A stretch of DNA of 64,000 nt from Candidatus Saccharimonadota bacterium. GTDB taxonomy: Bacteria > Patescibacteriota > Saccharimonadia > Saccharimonadales > SLHW01. This document shows positions 1-9,615 of this stretch, piece by piece. The stretch's first letter is position 1. Every line of letters begins with the position of its first letter. Location: positions 499,071 to 563,070 of the forward strand of contig JBJHDA010000001.1 in the NCBI GenBank assembly GCA_050486305.1. The letters run 5' to 3'. The notes below the pieces were generated by a model that ran no database searches, was not told where the DNA came from, and was given only the letters and a program-made list of their open reading frames with translations. A program made the position numbers and the translations under genes.

Positions 1-641
1 TTTCTCGATTTGTTTCCCGTGAATATGACAGCGGTAATACCATATTGTTCCAAGGTGAGGCGCCTCGTGCAGCCTGCATCGTTGAGTCAGGCGTAGTACG
101 AGCGATAAACATTTCGGCGCAGGGCGAAGAACAAACCATTACCTTCCATACGCCGGGCGAGTTCTTCCCGACTACATGGATATTCGATAAAACACCGACG
201 TCTCTGTATTTTTACGAAGCCGTCACCCGCTCAAAAATTTGCTTTATGCCCCGGGCAGAATTAATAAACAGTTTTCAGAAAACCCAGAAAGCCCAGAACT
301 TATTAATTGATCACCTCGCCACCAGCCACAGTGCAGCCATGCTGCGCATCAGCGCTCTTGGACAATCAAAAGCGAGAGAGAAGATTATGCTAACACTTTA
401 CTATCTGTGCCAACGTTACGGCGACTCAACGGGAGACTCCGTCGCGATATCACTAAACTTGACCCATCAACACCTGGCAAGCCTGGTTGGGCTTACTCGG
501 GAGACAACCGCGACTGAGTTGAACAAGCTAAAGCGCGCCAAAATAGTCAATTACAAGAATCAACGCTACACAATTAACCTATCCGAACTGCTGAAGCTAA
601 TAGGTGAAGATAGCTTTCGCGATATCCGAATCCATTCATAA
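1..641 (+). CDS. Crp/Fnr family transcriptional regulator (5' end cut by window edge)
   Basis: The frame stays open back to nt 3 (SRFVSREYDSGNTILFQGE...), so the N-terminus lies outside the window. It has a cNMP-binding-like N-terminal part and a C-terminal HTH (LTHQHLASLVGLTRETTATELNKLKRAKIV). Confidence 0.85.
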   Translation, partial: SRFVSREYDSGNTILFQGEAPRAACIVESGVVRAINISAQGEEQTITFHTPGEFFPTTWIFDKTPTSLYFYEAVTRSKICFMPRAELINSFQKTQKAQNLLIDHLATSHSAAMLRISALGQSKAREKIMLTLYYLCQRYGDSTGDSVAISLNLTHQHLASLVGLTRETTATELNKLKRAKIVNYKNQRYTINLSELLKLIGEDSFRDIRIHS

Positions 642-708
642 AGCCATACGTAATAAATCAGAGGGCACAAAAATATGAGCGGTCGACTTCTTGCGCTGCC
701 TCTAAGCT

Positions 709-1095
709 TTACTTTTCTTGACGGGCATCGTGTTTTAGCACCTCATCAACTAGCTTGAGCAGCTCTTGCGGGGAAGCCCACGCCTTTAGCATGTACTTAT
801 TCGCACCAAGCTCATAAGCTTCGTCAATGTCCTCTTTTGTGTCCATGTTACTAAATACAACCACCTTGACATTGGGGTGCTTATTGACGATATTGTACTG
901 CTTCAAGAAATCCAACCCGCTCATCTTGGGCATTCGTAGGTCTAGCAGTATGAGGTCCGGCTCGATATCTTTGGTGATTTCAATGGCCTCTTTGCCATCG
1001 TAGGCCGTATAAACGTCATAACCCTTCCGCTTTAGTATCATTTGATACGCTTCGTTCAAAGTTTTTTCGTCTTCAACGATTAGAATTTTCTCCAT
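709..1095 (-). CDS. single-domain response regulator (CheY-like receiver only)
   Basis: 128 aa with receiver motifs ILIVEDE, DLILLDLRMPKMSG, VVVFSNM and KYMLKAW. There is no output domain. It lies directly downstream of the histidine kinase on the same strand. Confidence 0.85.
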   Translation of the reverse strand: MEKILIVEDEKTLNEAYQMILKRKGYDVYTAYDGKEAIEITKDIEPDLILLDLRMPKMSGLDFLKQYNIVNKHPNVKVVVFSNMDTKEDIDEAYELGANKYMLKAWASPQELLKLVDEVLKHDARQEK

Positions 1096-1183
1096 ATTAT
1101 CGAGCCTTTCACTTAGATGCCTTTTACTATTTTCATGCCAACCTTACGCAATTAGAGGAAGTATAGCCCACCATACAAGCCAG

Positions 1184-2998
1184 TCACTGTGAAATATTTA
1201 ACTGTTTCCCGCCCTTCGCCGCACTTTCAACAGGAAGTGAAATCGTAACAATAGAGCCTACTTTTACCTTTGACTGGAATGTTATTTTTCCGCCGTGGGC
1301 TTCAATAATCTTGTTCGTCAAATACAACCCGATGCCAGTTCCGGCTACCTGGTCGCCTAGGTCATTATCGACGCGAGAGAACTTCTTGAAAAGCAACGGC
1401 ATATCCTTATCAGAAACCCCTACTCCAGTGTCCCGTACGTGTATGCTGATATGTCGCAGTGCTTTTGTAACCCATATGACTATTTTGCCGCTTTCTGGAG
1501 TATACTTGCTGGCATTGCTAACGATATTCTCCAACGCCATACGTAAGTAGCCCTCATCTGCTTGGATGATAACAGAATCTTTCGGGAGACGTATCTCAAC
1601 TTTTTGACTCTTTTCTCTGATTGTCGGCTTTTGCTCCTGAACGATATCTTTTAGTAACGATTTTATATCGATGTCTTCGTAATCAAGCGTCACCCTGCCA
1701 GAGTCAAGCCTTGCTACAAACAACAGCTCATTCACTGTGTTAAGCTGGCGTTCGTTACTATCATAAGCATGCTCAATTAGCCCGATCTGGCTTTTTGAGA
1801 GTGGGCCGGCATACCCATCGCGTAGCATCCCAAGATATTGCTTTACTCCAGTCGCTGGCGTCCGGAGCTGGTGTGATGCGAGTGCAAGCAGCTCGTCTTT
1901 TGCCTGGTTAATATCAGTTGTTTCTTTTTCCTTCAACTTACGGATTCTTGTCTGTGTAAGCATGTAGATAAATGCAGTCACAAAAAACGTAAGCGTCATA
2001 CCAGATACTAATGACAATAATGGGCGGCGACTTTCACGTAAGGGAATCAGTGGCTGAGTATTTGTTGCCGTTACGGTAATAGCCTTCCCGGCCACTGATA
2101 TTGCATCCGAGGCACTTCTTAGCTCATTTGAACTGGGGTCCATTGGTTCCTCCGGGCTCTGATAAAGCAGGGTTTCTTCAGCTGGTGTAACAAGATGAAG
2201 TGTGTACATAGAGGGGTTATTGTCATCCATCAAGCCGCCAAAAAACTCCTGGCTATTGAAGGCAGCGTAGGTGTAGCCAATCAGCTCGTCTCTTCTCTCC
2301 TGGACAGTTTCGGGATTTTGGTTTGATTGATAGATTGGCGATACCAACAAAAAGTCAATCTCTAGCGATTGGTCGAATAGCGTTAGGAGCTCAGAATTGC
2401 GAATATCGATGATATCAGCCCGAGACATATCCCGGGAGAGCTCTAGTGATTGTTGAACTCCATCTATCGAAAACAGATCATACCCAATCAATCCGGTTGT
2501 AGCAGCTGCATCCTCTGGAGCGAAGTAGGCAATTGCAGCATACTCTGGTTGCTGCTCGTCCGTACTGATACTGTAGTTCTCCAGGCCTTCATTTTGTCGC
2601 ATACTGGCCTCATGATCTTGCCGTTCATCATCATGCACAAATTTTGCATAACCAACTGCTTTTATACCTTCGTGTCGTCCTCCTGGTTCCATCAATGTCC
2701 AAAATTCCTGCCAGGACATATCCTTCGTTGACCGGTCTTGGCTATTCGCTACGATAATTCTTGTTGCATCAAGCAGGTCTTCATACCCGTTAATCCTTGT
2801 CTGAAGCCTGGTGCTTGCCTCACGAGCATGCCGTGTTATAACGTTCACTCTTCGTTCTTCTACCACCTCGCTTGAATACTGCGAGGCCATCACCACAACA
2901 ATAACAAGCGCTATCATAACAACAAACGCCGGCATGGCCGTATAAAAAAACCATGAAAACGCCTTACTTGTATTTTTTGAGCTTTTTTTAAAAACCAT
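1184..2998 (-). CDS. sensor histidine kinase with extracytoplasmic CHASE-like domain
   Basis: 604 aa. Two TM segments flank a ~300-aa sensor region with CHASE-like conservation (GIKAVGYAKFV, YAAIAYFAPE, GYDLFS). It has a HisKA H-box (LASHQLRTPATGV) and HATPase_c boxes (NIVSNASKYT, DTGVGV, GTGIGLYL). Confidence 0.85.
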   Translation of the reverse strand: MVFKKSSKNTSKAFSWFFYTAMPAFVVMIALVIVVVMASQYSSEVVEERRVNVITRHAREASTRLQTRINGYEDLLDATRIIVANSQDRSTKDMSWQEFWTLMEPGGRHEGIKAVGYAKFVHDDERQDHEASMRQNEGLENYSISTDEQQPEYAAIAYFAPEDAAATTGLIGYDLFSIDGVQQSLELSRDMSRADIIDIRNSELLTLFDQSLEIDFLLVSPIYQSNQNPETVQERRDELIGYTYAAFNSQEFFGGLMDDNNPSMYTLHLVTPAEETLLYQSPEEPMDPSSNELRSASDAISVAGKAITVTATNTQPLIPLRESRRPLLSLVSGMTLTFFVTAFIYMLTQTRIRKLKEKETTDINQAKDELLALASHQLRTPATGVKQYLGMLRDGYAGPLSKSQIGLIEHAYDSNERQLNTVNELLFVARLDSGRVTLDYEDIDIKSLLKDIVQEQKPTIREKSQKVEIRLPKDSVIIQADEGYLRMALENIVSNASKYTPESGKIVIWVTKALRHISIHVRDTGVGVSDKDMPLLFKKFSRVDNDLGDQVAGTGIGLYLTNKIIEAHGGKITFQSKVKVGSIVTISLPVESAAKGGKQLNISQ

Positions 2999-3191
2999 GG
3001 GTCGCCTTATTTCTGTGTATTGTATAGCAACTGGAGTACGAGCATGAGTGAAAAATCTTACACTCCTACCCTCATTAAAGCCAAAGCAGGGATGATAAAT
3101 AGAGCGTTCTTGCAGTCTTATGCTCTACCGTGACATTTTCTTTTTTAGCTATTTGCCACGCTTACACCAGTATTTTGGCTTAACTCTTCCC

Positions 3192-3677
3192 TTAGGCGAT
3201 ATTCACTATCTTCCAATGTAGGCCGTGGGCTCGCCTGGGGTTCGCTACCTCAACCTCTTCATTCAATGACTTGCCGAGAAGTGCCTTGCCAAGCGGGCTA
3301 TGATTAGATATCTTGCCTTTTTCCGGGTCTGCTTCAATCGGCTCGACGATAACGCAATCAAGCTGATTGTCGTTTGTGACGATTCGCACTCGAGAGCCAA
3401 GCTGAACCCTCTTGCCGGTTGGCCTTTGAATTATCTTTGAGCGGTTGAGACAATTTGTAATTATCTCTATCTGCTCCTGTACGTACTGAAACCTCTCTTG
3501 CGCTCGTTGCCAGCCAATATCTTCTGGTAAAGCGGCGGTAGATTTTTGTGTTTTTAAATAGTTGAGCGTATCCATCAGCTCTGCTTTTTCCTTTTTATAT
3601 GAATCTAAATCGTTTCTTAGTTCTGCTGCACCCTCTTTGCTTATATAGTTCACTTTCAGATCATTTGTTATAACCAT
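3192..3677 (-). CDS. greA: GreA/GreB family transcription elongation factor
   Basis: 161 aa. It has an N-terminal coiled coil and a C-terminal FKBP-like Gre domain (VQLGSRVRIV...ISNHSPLGKALLGKSLNEEVEV). Confidence 0.75.
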   Translation of the reverse strand: MVITNDLKVNYISKEGAAELRNDLDSYKKEKAELMDTLNYLKTQKSTAALPEDIGWQRAQERFQYVQEQIEIITNCLNRSKIIQRPTGKRVQLGSRVRIVTNDNQLDCVIVEPIEADPEKGKISNHSPLGKALLGKSLNEEVEVANPRRAHGLHWKIVNIA

Positions 3678-3799
3678 GCATCCCCTCCTGTTTATTTGGT
3701 GATGCGATTACACCCTACTCTCGCCTCGCAGACTGTAAGAAAAATGACGGCACACAAAAATACAACTAGCCCACAAGAAGAAGCTTAAGAAAAAACGAG

Positions 3800-4156
3800 T
3801 TACTGTTCTTTTGCCTCTTCTTTCGGCTCTGCTTCTGGCTGTTCAAAAATTGCCGCGATAAACGCAAGCGCAACAAGAACAAGCGACATGAAGTCTAGAA
3901 TATGAATCGAGTACGTATACAAATTAAATAGCGCCCAGAACGAAATAGTAAGTGCACACATAGCCAGTAGCAAGCGAGATATTTTTATTTGTAATATCTT
4001 GATGACAACCAGGGAAAAAATTGTTATTAGCAACGTTATGCGAAGCGCCAGAAAATGCGTTGAGGTGTCTGCTAGTGTCATGACAATATTTTGCGGAAAA
4101 AATATTGTACCGATAGTTAAAACAAGTAGTGCAATGACTGAAGCCCCGATAATCAT
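3800..4156 (-). CDS. hypothetical small polytopic membrane protein
   Basis: 118 aa with about 4 hydrophobic helices and an acidic C-terminus. I recognise no family. Confidence 0.5.
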   Translation of the reverse strand: MIIGASVIALLVLTIGTIFFPQNIVMTLADTSTHFLALRITLLITIFSLVVIKILQIKISRLLLAMCALTISFWALFNLYTYSIHILDFMSLVLVALAFIAAIFEQPEAEPKEEAKEQ

Positions 4157-4342
4157 AACGTGCCTGTGCGCTCCTTTTTGTTAGTCCAGCTTGTTATTAA
4201 ACGTATCAGAATAGCGTTGCGTAAACTGTAAAAATGTTTACCAATATCATGCTAAATACTTTACGAAAAAATTATTTTTTATTGCAGAAACTCGTGCTGT
4301 CAAGTTGTAGCAATGCAAAAATTAGCTTATAAACTGCTTCCC

Positions 4343-4597
4343 TTACCGGTAACGATCTTCATCCTTTTCCATTTCCTCTTTCAGTGTATCTTTGACGTTA
4401 CGGGAGCCTTCTGTTGCAGCATTTTTTACCTCATCCTTTACGTGCTTTACGCCTTCCTGTACGCGATCTTTTTTCTGCTTTAGCTCATCCCGGGTCTCTT
4501 TGCCGCTTTTTGGTGCATATAAAAGTGCGGTAGCCGCACCGACTATCGCTCCTGTCATAAACATTGCTAAACCAAAACCTGTGTTCTGCTTATTCAT
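4343..4597 (-). CDS. YtxH-like membrane-anchored protein
   Basis: 84 aa. An N-terminal helix followed by LLYAPKSGKETRDELKQK and a charged helical tail is typical of YtxH-domain proteins. Confidence 0.6.
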   Translation of the reverse strand: MNKQNTGFGLAMFMTGAIVGAATALLYAPKSGKETRDELKQKKDRVQEGVKHVKDEVKNAATEGSRNVKDTLKEEMEKDEDRYR

Positions 4598-5095
4598 AAT
4601 AGTTAAGTAAGCCCTTTCTTTTCGTTATAGTTACTCTTCCATCCAACCGCTGCCGCTTCATTTTTTTGGCAAATTAATAGGGTACCTATCGTCATCAGGA
4701 ATTAAGCTGGATGTAGTAATCTTTATAGACCTGAGATTGATGAGGTACCCTTTTGCTCACTCGATGCATTTGGTGGGGAATGCTTTGAGTGTAGCCGACG
4801 CCCTCTGGTCGACTAACTGTGATTGTAAATTAATGAATGCGTGCGAACTATGATTTTTTTCACTCACGTAAATTTAATGTTCCCGGTGTATATCGCTTGC
4901 ATCCTTTTCTTCCCGAAAATACACTCGAAACGGACGCAAAGCTTGTGTCGTGTGACTCCTCATGACCAACCCCCTCTTTCTCCCTCGCACTAAAACGATA
5001 GCCCGATAAAGTCAAAGCGGCAGTAATCTATCTCACATGATGTTTGTCTATCTGATTTCATGTGATTCATCAAGCGCACAAAACACGCTCCTACA

Positions 5096-5425
5096 TTACA
5101 ACTTAAGGAAAACACCGGCTATGATGCCCATAATGCCGATCAGCGCAATGAGTGCTACGGTCGCCAACCCGAACGGAACCGCAAGAACCGCCGCCAAGAA
5201 CAGCAGGCAAACCCCGGCTATAATGAATTTTTTGTTTGTGGTGCTCGGAGGAGCTGTTTTTTCTTGCTTAACTTCCTGGATCAGCTCCTCTGGCCTCTCA
5301 CCTTGTGCTCCGGATGGTGATGGAGGTGTCACTGGGGCTTTAGCTAAATCGGCCGGGTCATAGCCAGCTATCTCGTGCTCTGGCTTTTCATCTGAGTTAC
5401 CGTCTAGTTTACTATTCGTTGCCAT
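5096..5425 (-). CDS. hypothetical tail-anchored membrane protein
   Basis: 109 aa. It has a Pro/Glu-rich N-terminal half and two C-terminal hydrophobic helices. Confidence 0.5.
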   Translation of the reverse strand: MATNSKLDGNSDEKPEHEIAGYDPADLAKAPVTPPSPSGAQGERPEELIQEVKQEKTAPPSTTNKKFIIAGVCLLFLAAVLAVPFGLATVALIALIGIMGIIAGVFLKL

Positions 5426-5568
5426 AATTATCCTCGCTCGCTATGCATAATGAACTATAAGTGCTTGCACTATCTGTAATATTTGTCATATATCCGCCGA
5501 GTTACCCATCTATCGTCAGGAGTGTAATTTTTTTGATAGGCGCTGATTGGCAGGTTCGCTACATTATC

Positions 5569-5988
5569 ATGCATATGGAAACTGATGTTGTTAGCCAAAA
5601 ATTAAACGAGCTACAAAGCTATATAGACCGAGTGCGCTCAAACATTGAGGAACACAAGCGGCAGATTGATGAGCTCGAAAGAGACGCCAGTAATCTAAAG
5701 CGAAAGGTCGCCCAAGAAATCAGCGAAGTCGCAAAAGAAAATCAGCCAACGAGCGCTGCAGAAAACTTTGTGGATTCACTCGAGAAAGAATATCAAGAAA
5801 AGCAAGATGAGAAGATAAACGAAGCAAAGCAAAAAAAGGAATACCGGTCTCTGCTAGAGCGGCATGTCAGTCAAGCAGAAAACATCTTTAAGGAATTAAA
5901 AACACAAGAGAGAACACTGCGCGAGCTTGAGCAAAAATCAAAAACCTGGTTAAACGAGGCTGACCAGATAATCGGGCGACACGCGTGA
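5569..5988 (+). CDS. hypothetical coiled-coil protein
   Basis: The ORF track starts at 5461, but the first ATG (MHMETD...) is at 5569. The body is heptad-like and Glu/Lys/Gln-rich. The start is uncertain. Confidence 0.5.
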   Translation: MHMETDVVSQKLNELQSYIDRVRSNIEEHKRQIDELERDASNLKRKVAQEISEVAKENQPTSAAENFVDSLEKEYQEKQDEKINEAKQKKEYRSLLERHVSQAENIFKELKTQERTLRELEQKSKTWLNEADQIIGRHA

Positions 5989-6063
5989 TTTTAAATAACT
6001 GCCTCCGGGAAATGCTGTTGCAAATCTTGCAAAATGATTTGCCTTACATCATAGTAAAACTTA

Positions 6064-7317
6064 ATGACAGAGCGCTACGGTGAATCTGGAGTTGAATCAT
6101 TTGAGGGTGAGTTAAGACTGCAGGCCCTACTGCCAGCGGGAAAAGATCAGCGAATCGCTGCTTTTTGTAAGGCCAGTATCGAATCATTACAGGAAAGCCC
6201 TAGATACAGGGACTTAGTCGGTAGACTCATTACTGATCGTGATGACTTAACCCCGACCAATGCTGTTAACCTGACGTTGCGGGGTCTTCAGCGGCAACTA
6301 ATGCTAAAACCGCGGAGTGGCTACCCTGAGGTATTCGAAGATCAGCATGCCTGGAAAGAGTCTATAGAATTCGTTTGTGAAACACCTCCCGCCTATGAAG
6401 GCTTCAGTTATGATGTTTTAAATCGCAATTTACAAAGTAATGTTTCGGGGCGATACAAAGCAGTATCGCTTATCGCGACGGCAATGCAGTCAAGACTCGG
6501 GAAGCGCCCGAGCATCTTAGATGTAGGCTGCAGCAGAAACCACGGCTTAAAACGTTTAACACTAGGGAAAAAATACCCTTTTCGATACCATATAGCGGGC
6601 AGAATAATCGAAGATAAGCTCGGCAATCCGCTTGCTGCTAACCCTGACCGTCGCTCAACCAGAAAAACGAGAGAGGCACTCGACCAAGGGCTCAGGCTGA
6701 ATAGAAGCCTCGGGATTGACATCGAGCCGCTTGACGATGAAGGCAACAGGGCATGGGCAAGAAGCTGCTCGTTTTACCCCAGTGAGCTGCTTGATACACG
6801 GCTCGTGAAAGAATATGATGATCTAGACCAGATAGAAAGAAAAAGTATTGGGTTTTACCAGGCTGATTTCTCTAGAGTTACGGCAGAGGAATTAGAAGAA
6901 GAAGCTCCTGTTTCACGATTTGATATGGTTACATTTTCAACTGTCTTATACCAAGCCTCAGAAGAGGAGCGGACAAAAATGTTAAAAACGGCTACAGCTT
7001 TGCTTAAGCCTTACGGTATTATACTTATTCAAGATTTTGTGGACATAGATACCGATGATCCGTCAAGGTTAGTGTTTTATGAGCACTGGCATGACGAGCC
7101 ATATAAATACCGCACAATACTGCTTGACCCAAAAGTGCGTGGAGGCAATTTTATTGAGCAGTTCAGATGGGACAACGGGAGATGTAATACCCTTCTCCCA
7201 CCAACTGATAGCAAATATACAGTTGCTGAAGAGCTTTCGTCATTAAAAGCCTATGCTGAGCTTACAGGCCCGGCAAAACACGACGAAAAAACTCCAAAAA
7301 AACCGCAAAAAGATTAG
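6064..7317 (+). CDS. putative class I SAM-dependent methyltransferase-like protein (atypical)
   Basis: 417 aa. A motif I-like ILDVGCSRNHG, then GIDIEP, FDMVTFSTVLYQ and LLKPYGIILIQDF suggest a Rossmann methyltransferase fold. A long insert follows motif I and there is a ~150-aa N-terminal extension. Confidence 0.55.
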   Translation: MTERYGESGVESFEGELRLQALLPAGKDQRIAAFCKASIESLQESPRYRDLVGRLITDRDDLTPTNAVNLTLRGLQRQLMLKPRSGYPEVFEDQHAWKESIEFVCETPPAYEGFSYDVLNRNLQSNVSGRYKAVSLIATAMQSRLGKRPSILDVGCSRNHGLKRLTLGKKYPFRYHIAGRIIEDKLGNPLAANPDRRSTRKTREALDQGLRLNRSLGIDIEPLDDEGNRAWARSCSFYPSELLDTRLVKEYDDLDQIERKSIGFYQADFSRVTAEELEEEAPVSRFDMVTFSTVLYQASEEERTKMLKTATALLKPYGIILIQDFVDIDTDDPSRLVFYEHWHDEPYKYRTILLDPKVRGGNFIEQFRWDNGRCNTLLPPTDSKYTVAEELSSLKAYAELTGPAKHDEKTPKKPQKD

Positions 7318-7898
7318 GCTTTCTTTTCTTTGCTTTCTGAGTCAAGTAGCCATGAGATCCGATTGGTATATGCTGTCATAAATTCTTTGTGTGTTTTTGT
7401 GAGGTTTCCATATGGCTGATAGTAGCTATAAATGAATGCGCCGCCCTCGGGGATGTTTAGCGGGTACACCATACTGCATTCAATACCAGCGCCTGCCTGG
7501 TTAAAGCGGGCCTGTTGCGGAGTGAGCTCCGGGACAAACAAATATTGCCAGTCTTCAGTATGCTGCGGGGAGTGCTCCTTAATCGCTTGCGAGATAATGT
7601 TTGTCGGATGATTAACTGGTATTCGTATTTCGTGAAAAGGTTTCGCCGTCATCTGCAACGTCTTTTTTGCCTGCTCGGTTTTAGAGAGTGCAATCCTGTC
7701 TATCGTTTTGTTCTCTTGATTAACGAGCAGTAGCACCGTTATTCCAAGATCAAGTTTCGTAGCAGTTAAAGGGTCGGCAAACGGCGCGTCAACAATCGCC
7801 TGGTAATATGCCGATCTATCTTTATGCTCTAGGTTTAGCTGTTTCTCAAGTCGTTTGATGTATTGTTCTATGTCGATATCTTTATCGGCTCTATTCAT
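7314..7898 (-). CDS. hypothetical protein (possible GAF-like fold)
   Basis: 194 aa. The pattern of alternating hydrophobic strands (GITVLLLVNQENKTIDRIALS ... IECSMVYPLNIPEGGAFIYSYY) is GAF-like, but this is a weak call. Confidence 0.45.
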   Translation of the reverse strand: MNRADKDIDIEQYIKRLEKQLNLEHKDRSAYYQAIVDAPFADPLTATKLDLGITVLLLVNQENKTIDRIALSKTEQAKKTLQMTAKPFHEIRIPVNHPTNIISQAIKEHSPQHTEDWQYLFVPELTPQQARFNQAGAGIECSMVYPLNIPEGGAFIYSYYQPYGNLTKTHKEFMTAYTNRISWLLDSESKEKKA

Positions 7899-8080
7899 TA
7901 GAGCTTATTATATATTAAAAGAGATAAAACAGCACTCAAATAAACCGTCTGCTCTGGTTGCCAACGTTTCTTTTTGCGGCAATTCCCGTAACCCTGTTAC
8001 CCTCGTGCAATATAGAAAAAAAACTGTCACTAGTGATATAATCAAAAATAAGCATAAACGTTTACAAATAGGAGAAAGAA

Positions 8081-8617
8081 ATGCCCAAGAAAAAATCAAA
8101 AGTAACAGCGGATAACGTATGGGGAGTAACCCGTATTGGGCTCGGCTTAGTATTATTCGGTGCTTTTGTCGACAAGCTGATCGGCATGGGGTTTACGACA
8201 TGTCGGGACACAGCCACGAACACTATTAATGTTATGTGTGATAGCGCTTGGCTAAGCGGCGGCTCGCCGACGACCGGATTCTTACAGTTTGGTACACGAG
8301 GGCCCTTAGCAGAATTCTATCAATCTCTAGCGGGGAACCCCTTGGTAGACTGGCTTTTTATGCTCGGCCTGCTTGGTATCGGTCTCGCGCTACTGCTTGG
8401 TATCGGGATGCGCATCGCAACTATTTCAGGGGTTGCATTGTTTTTGATGATGTATACAGCGACTATCCCGCCTACGAACAACCCGATTGTTAGCGATCAT
8501 ATTATCTACTCTCTTGTTCTTGTCGGATTGTATCTGCAGAATGATAAGCAACGATACGGACTCGGTAGCAAATGGAGTAAAAATAAGCTCGTCAAGAAAT
8601 ACCCGGTCTTACGATAA
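8081..8617 (+). CDS. DoxX-like membrane protein
   Basis: 178 aa with 4 predicted TM helices. The N-terminal GLGLVLFGAFVDKL is reminiscent of DoxX/DoxD family proteins. Confidence 0.5.
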   Translation: MPKKKSKVTADNVWGVTRIGLGLVLFGAFVDKLIGMGFTTCRDTATNTINVMCDSAWLSGGSPTTGFLQFGTRGPLAEFYQSLAGNPLVDWLFMLGLLGIGLALLLGIGMRIATISGVALFLMMYTATIPPTNNPIVSDHIIYSLVLVGLYLQNDKQRYGLGSKWSKNKLVKKYPVLR

Positions 8618-8692
8618 GGAGCCTACAGTCTGAGACGAGCGAAAAAGCACTATGCCCTTTTAGCTGCGATAACCGCCAATTTCATATGGGGT

Positions 8693-9589
8693 ATGGGCGG
8701 GTTCACCATAAAAATAGCCGTAGAAGATATCGGCGTCACCGATTACATTGCTACGCGATTTATTCTAGTAACTCTGTTGCTGTTGCCATGGGCAATCAAA
8801 TATTTTCCCCGTAAGCTTTCAATTAAAAAATGGATCCTGTTACTGTTTATTGGACTCTTAGCTGGTCCAGGGAATTATTTTTTAGTAGTCAACGGTCTTG
8901 ATGCCACCAATCTCTCCTCTGCTTCTTTTATACTGCTTGCAGAACCTCTTATTGCTTTTTTGCTTGCTGGTATTTTGCTGAAAGAACGTATCAGCAAACA
9001 AATGAAGACTGGGCTATGGATAGTCTTTTTAGGTGCATTACTAATAACTGTTGGAAGTGTCGGGGTTAACATTGCTGGCGTGAGCCTTATTGGCAATATG
9101 CTCATACTAGGAGTTATTGGATTATCTGCGCTTGATCTTGTTTTATCAAAGAAAATCATGAAAGACGTTTCGCCCCGGTTTCTACTTTGGCTGATGGCCT
9201 TTTTAACTTCTGTATTTGTCATACCTTTCGTGTCACTTGAACAAGCATTTATTGGCCTCGCTAACTCGTCGTTTGTAACTCAGTTAAGTGTTGCCTGGGG
9301 GGTTGTCATGAACACACTAATTGCCTACTACTGTTACTACTTCGCAATTAAAGCGCTAAAGGCAGGTGAAGCTGGAATGTTTCGCTATGTTGACCCTATT
9401 GTCGGTATAGCAGTAGGCTTTTTGCTGCTTGGAGAGCAGTTTTCTTGGCTCTATGTAGTTGGCGGTTTGCTTGTAGCAAGCGGTGTCTATATAGCAGAAT
9501 CATCGGTAAGAAAGCATCATGTGCGACATTTTTGGCAGCGTCACCGCAGAAACCATCGTAAGCACCACCACATATTACATAGAACATAA
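8693..9589 (+). CDS. EamA/DMT family transporter
   Basis: About 10 TM helices in two EamA-like halves, with a His/Arg-rich C-terminal tail. The frame is open upstream to 8618 and encodes an EamA-like N-terminus (RRAKKHYALLAAITANFIWG). Only a CTG (8630) is available there, so the true start is unclear. Confidence 0.8.
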   Translation: MGGFTIKIAVEDIGVTDYIATRFILVTLLLLPWAIKYFPRKLSIKKWILLLFIGLLAGPGNYFLVVNGLDATNLSSASFILLAEPLIAFLLAGILLKERISKQMKTGLWIVFLGALLITVGSVGVNIAGVSLIGNMLILGVIGLSALDLVLSKKIMKDVSPRFLLWLMAFLTSVFVIPFVSLEQAFIGLANSSFVTQLSVAWGVVMNTLIAYYCYYFAIKALKAGEAGMFRYVDPIVGIAVGFLLLGEQFSWLYVVGGLLVASGVYIAESSVRKHHVRHFWQRHRRNHRKHHHILHRT

Positions 9590-9615
9590 GCACAATATGT
9601 TTAAATAGGACATAT

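Noticed and set aside
4680-4760. CUGAUGA on the minus strand next to a small hairpin, suggesting a hammerhead ribozyme
   Set aside because: After the putative stem II (ATAGG-TAC-CCTAT) there is no GAAA core and no plausible stems I and III with a UH cleavage site. The core is therefore incomplete.
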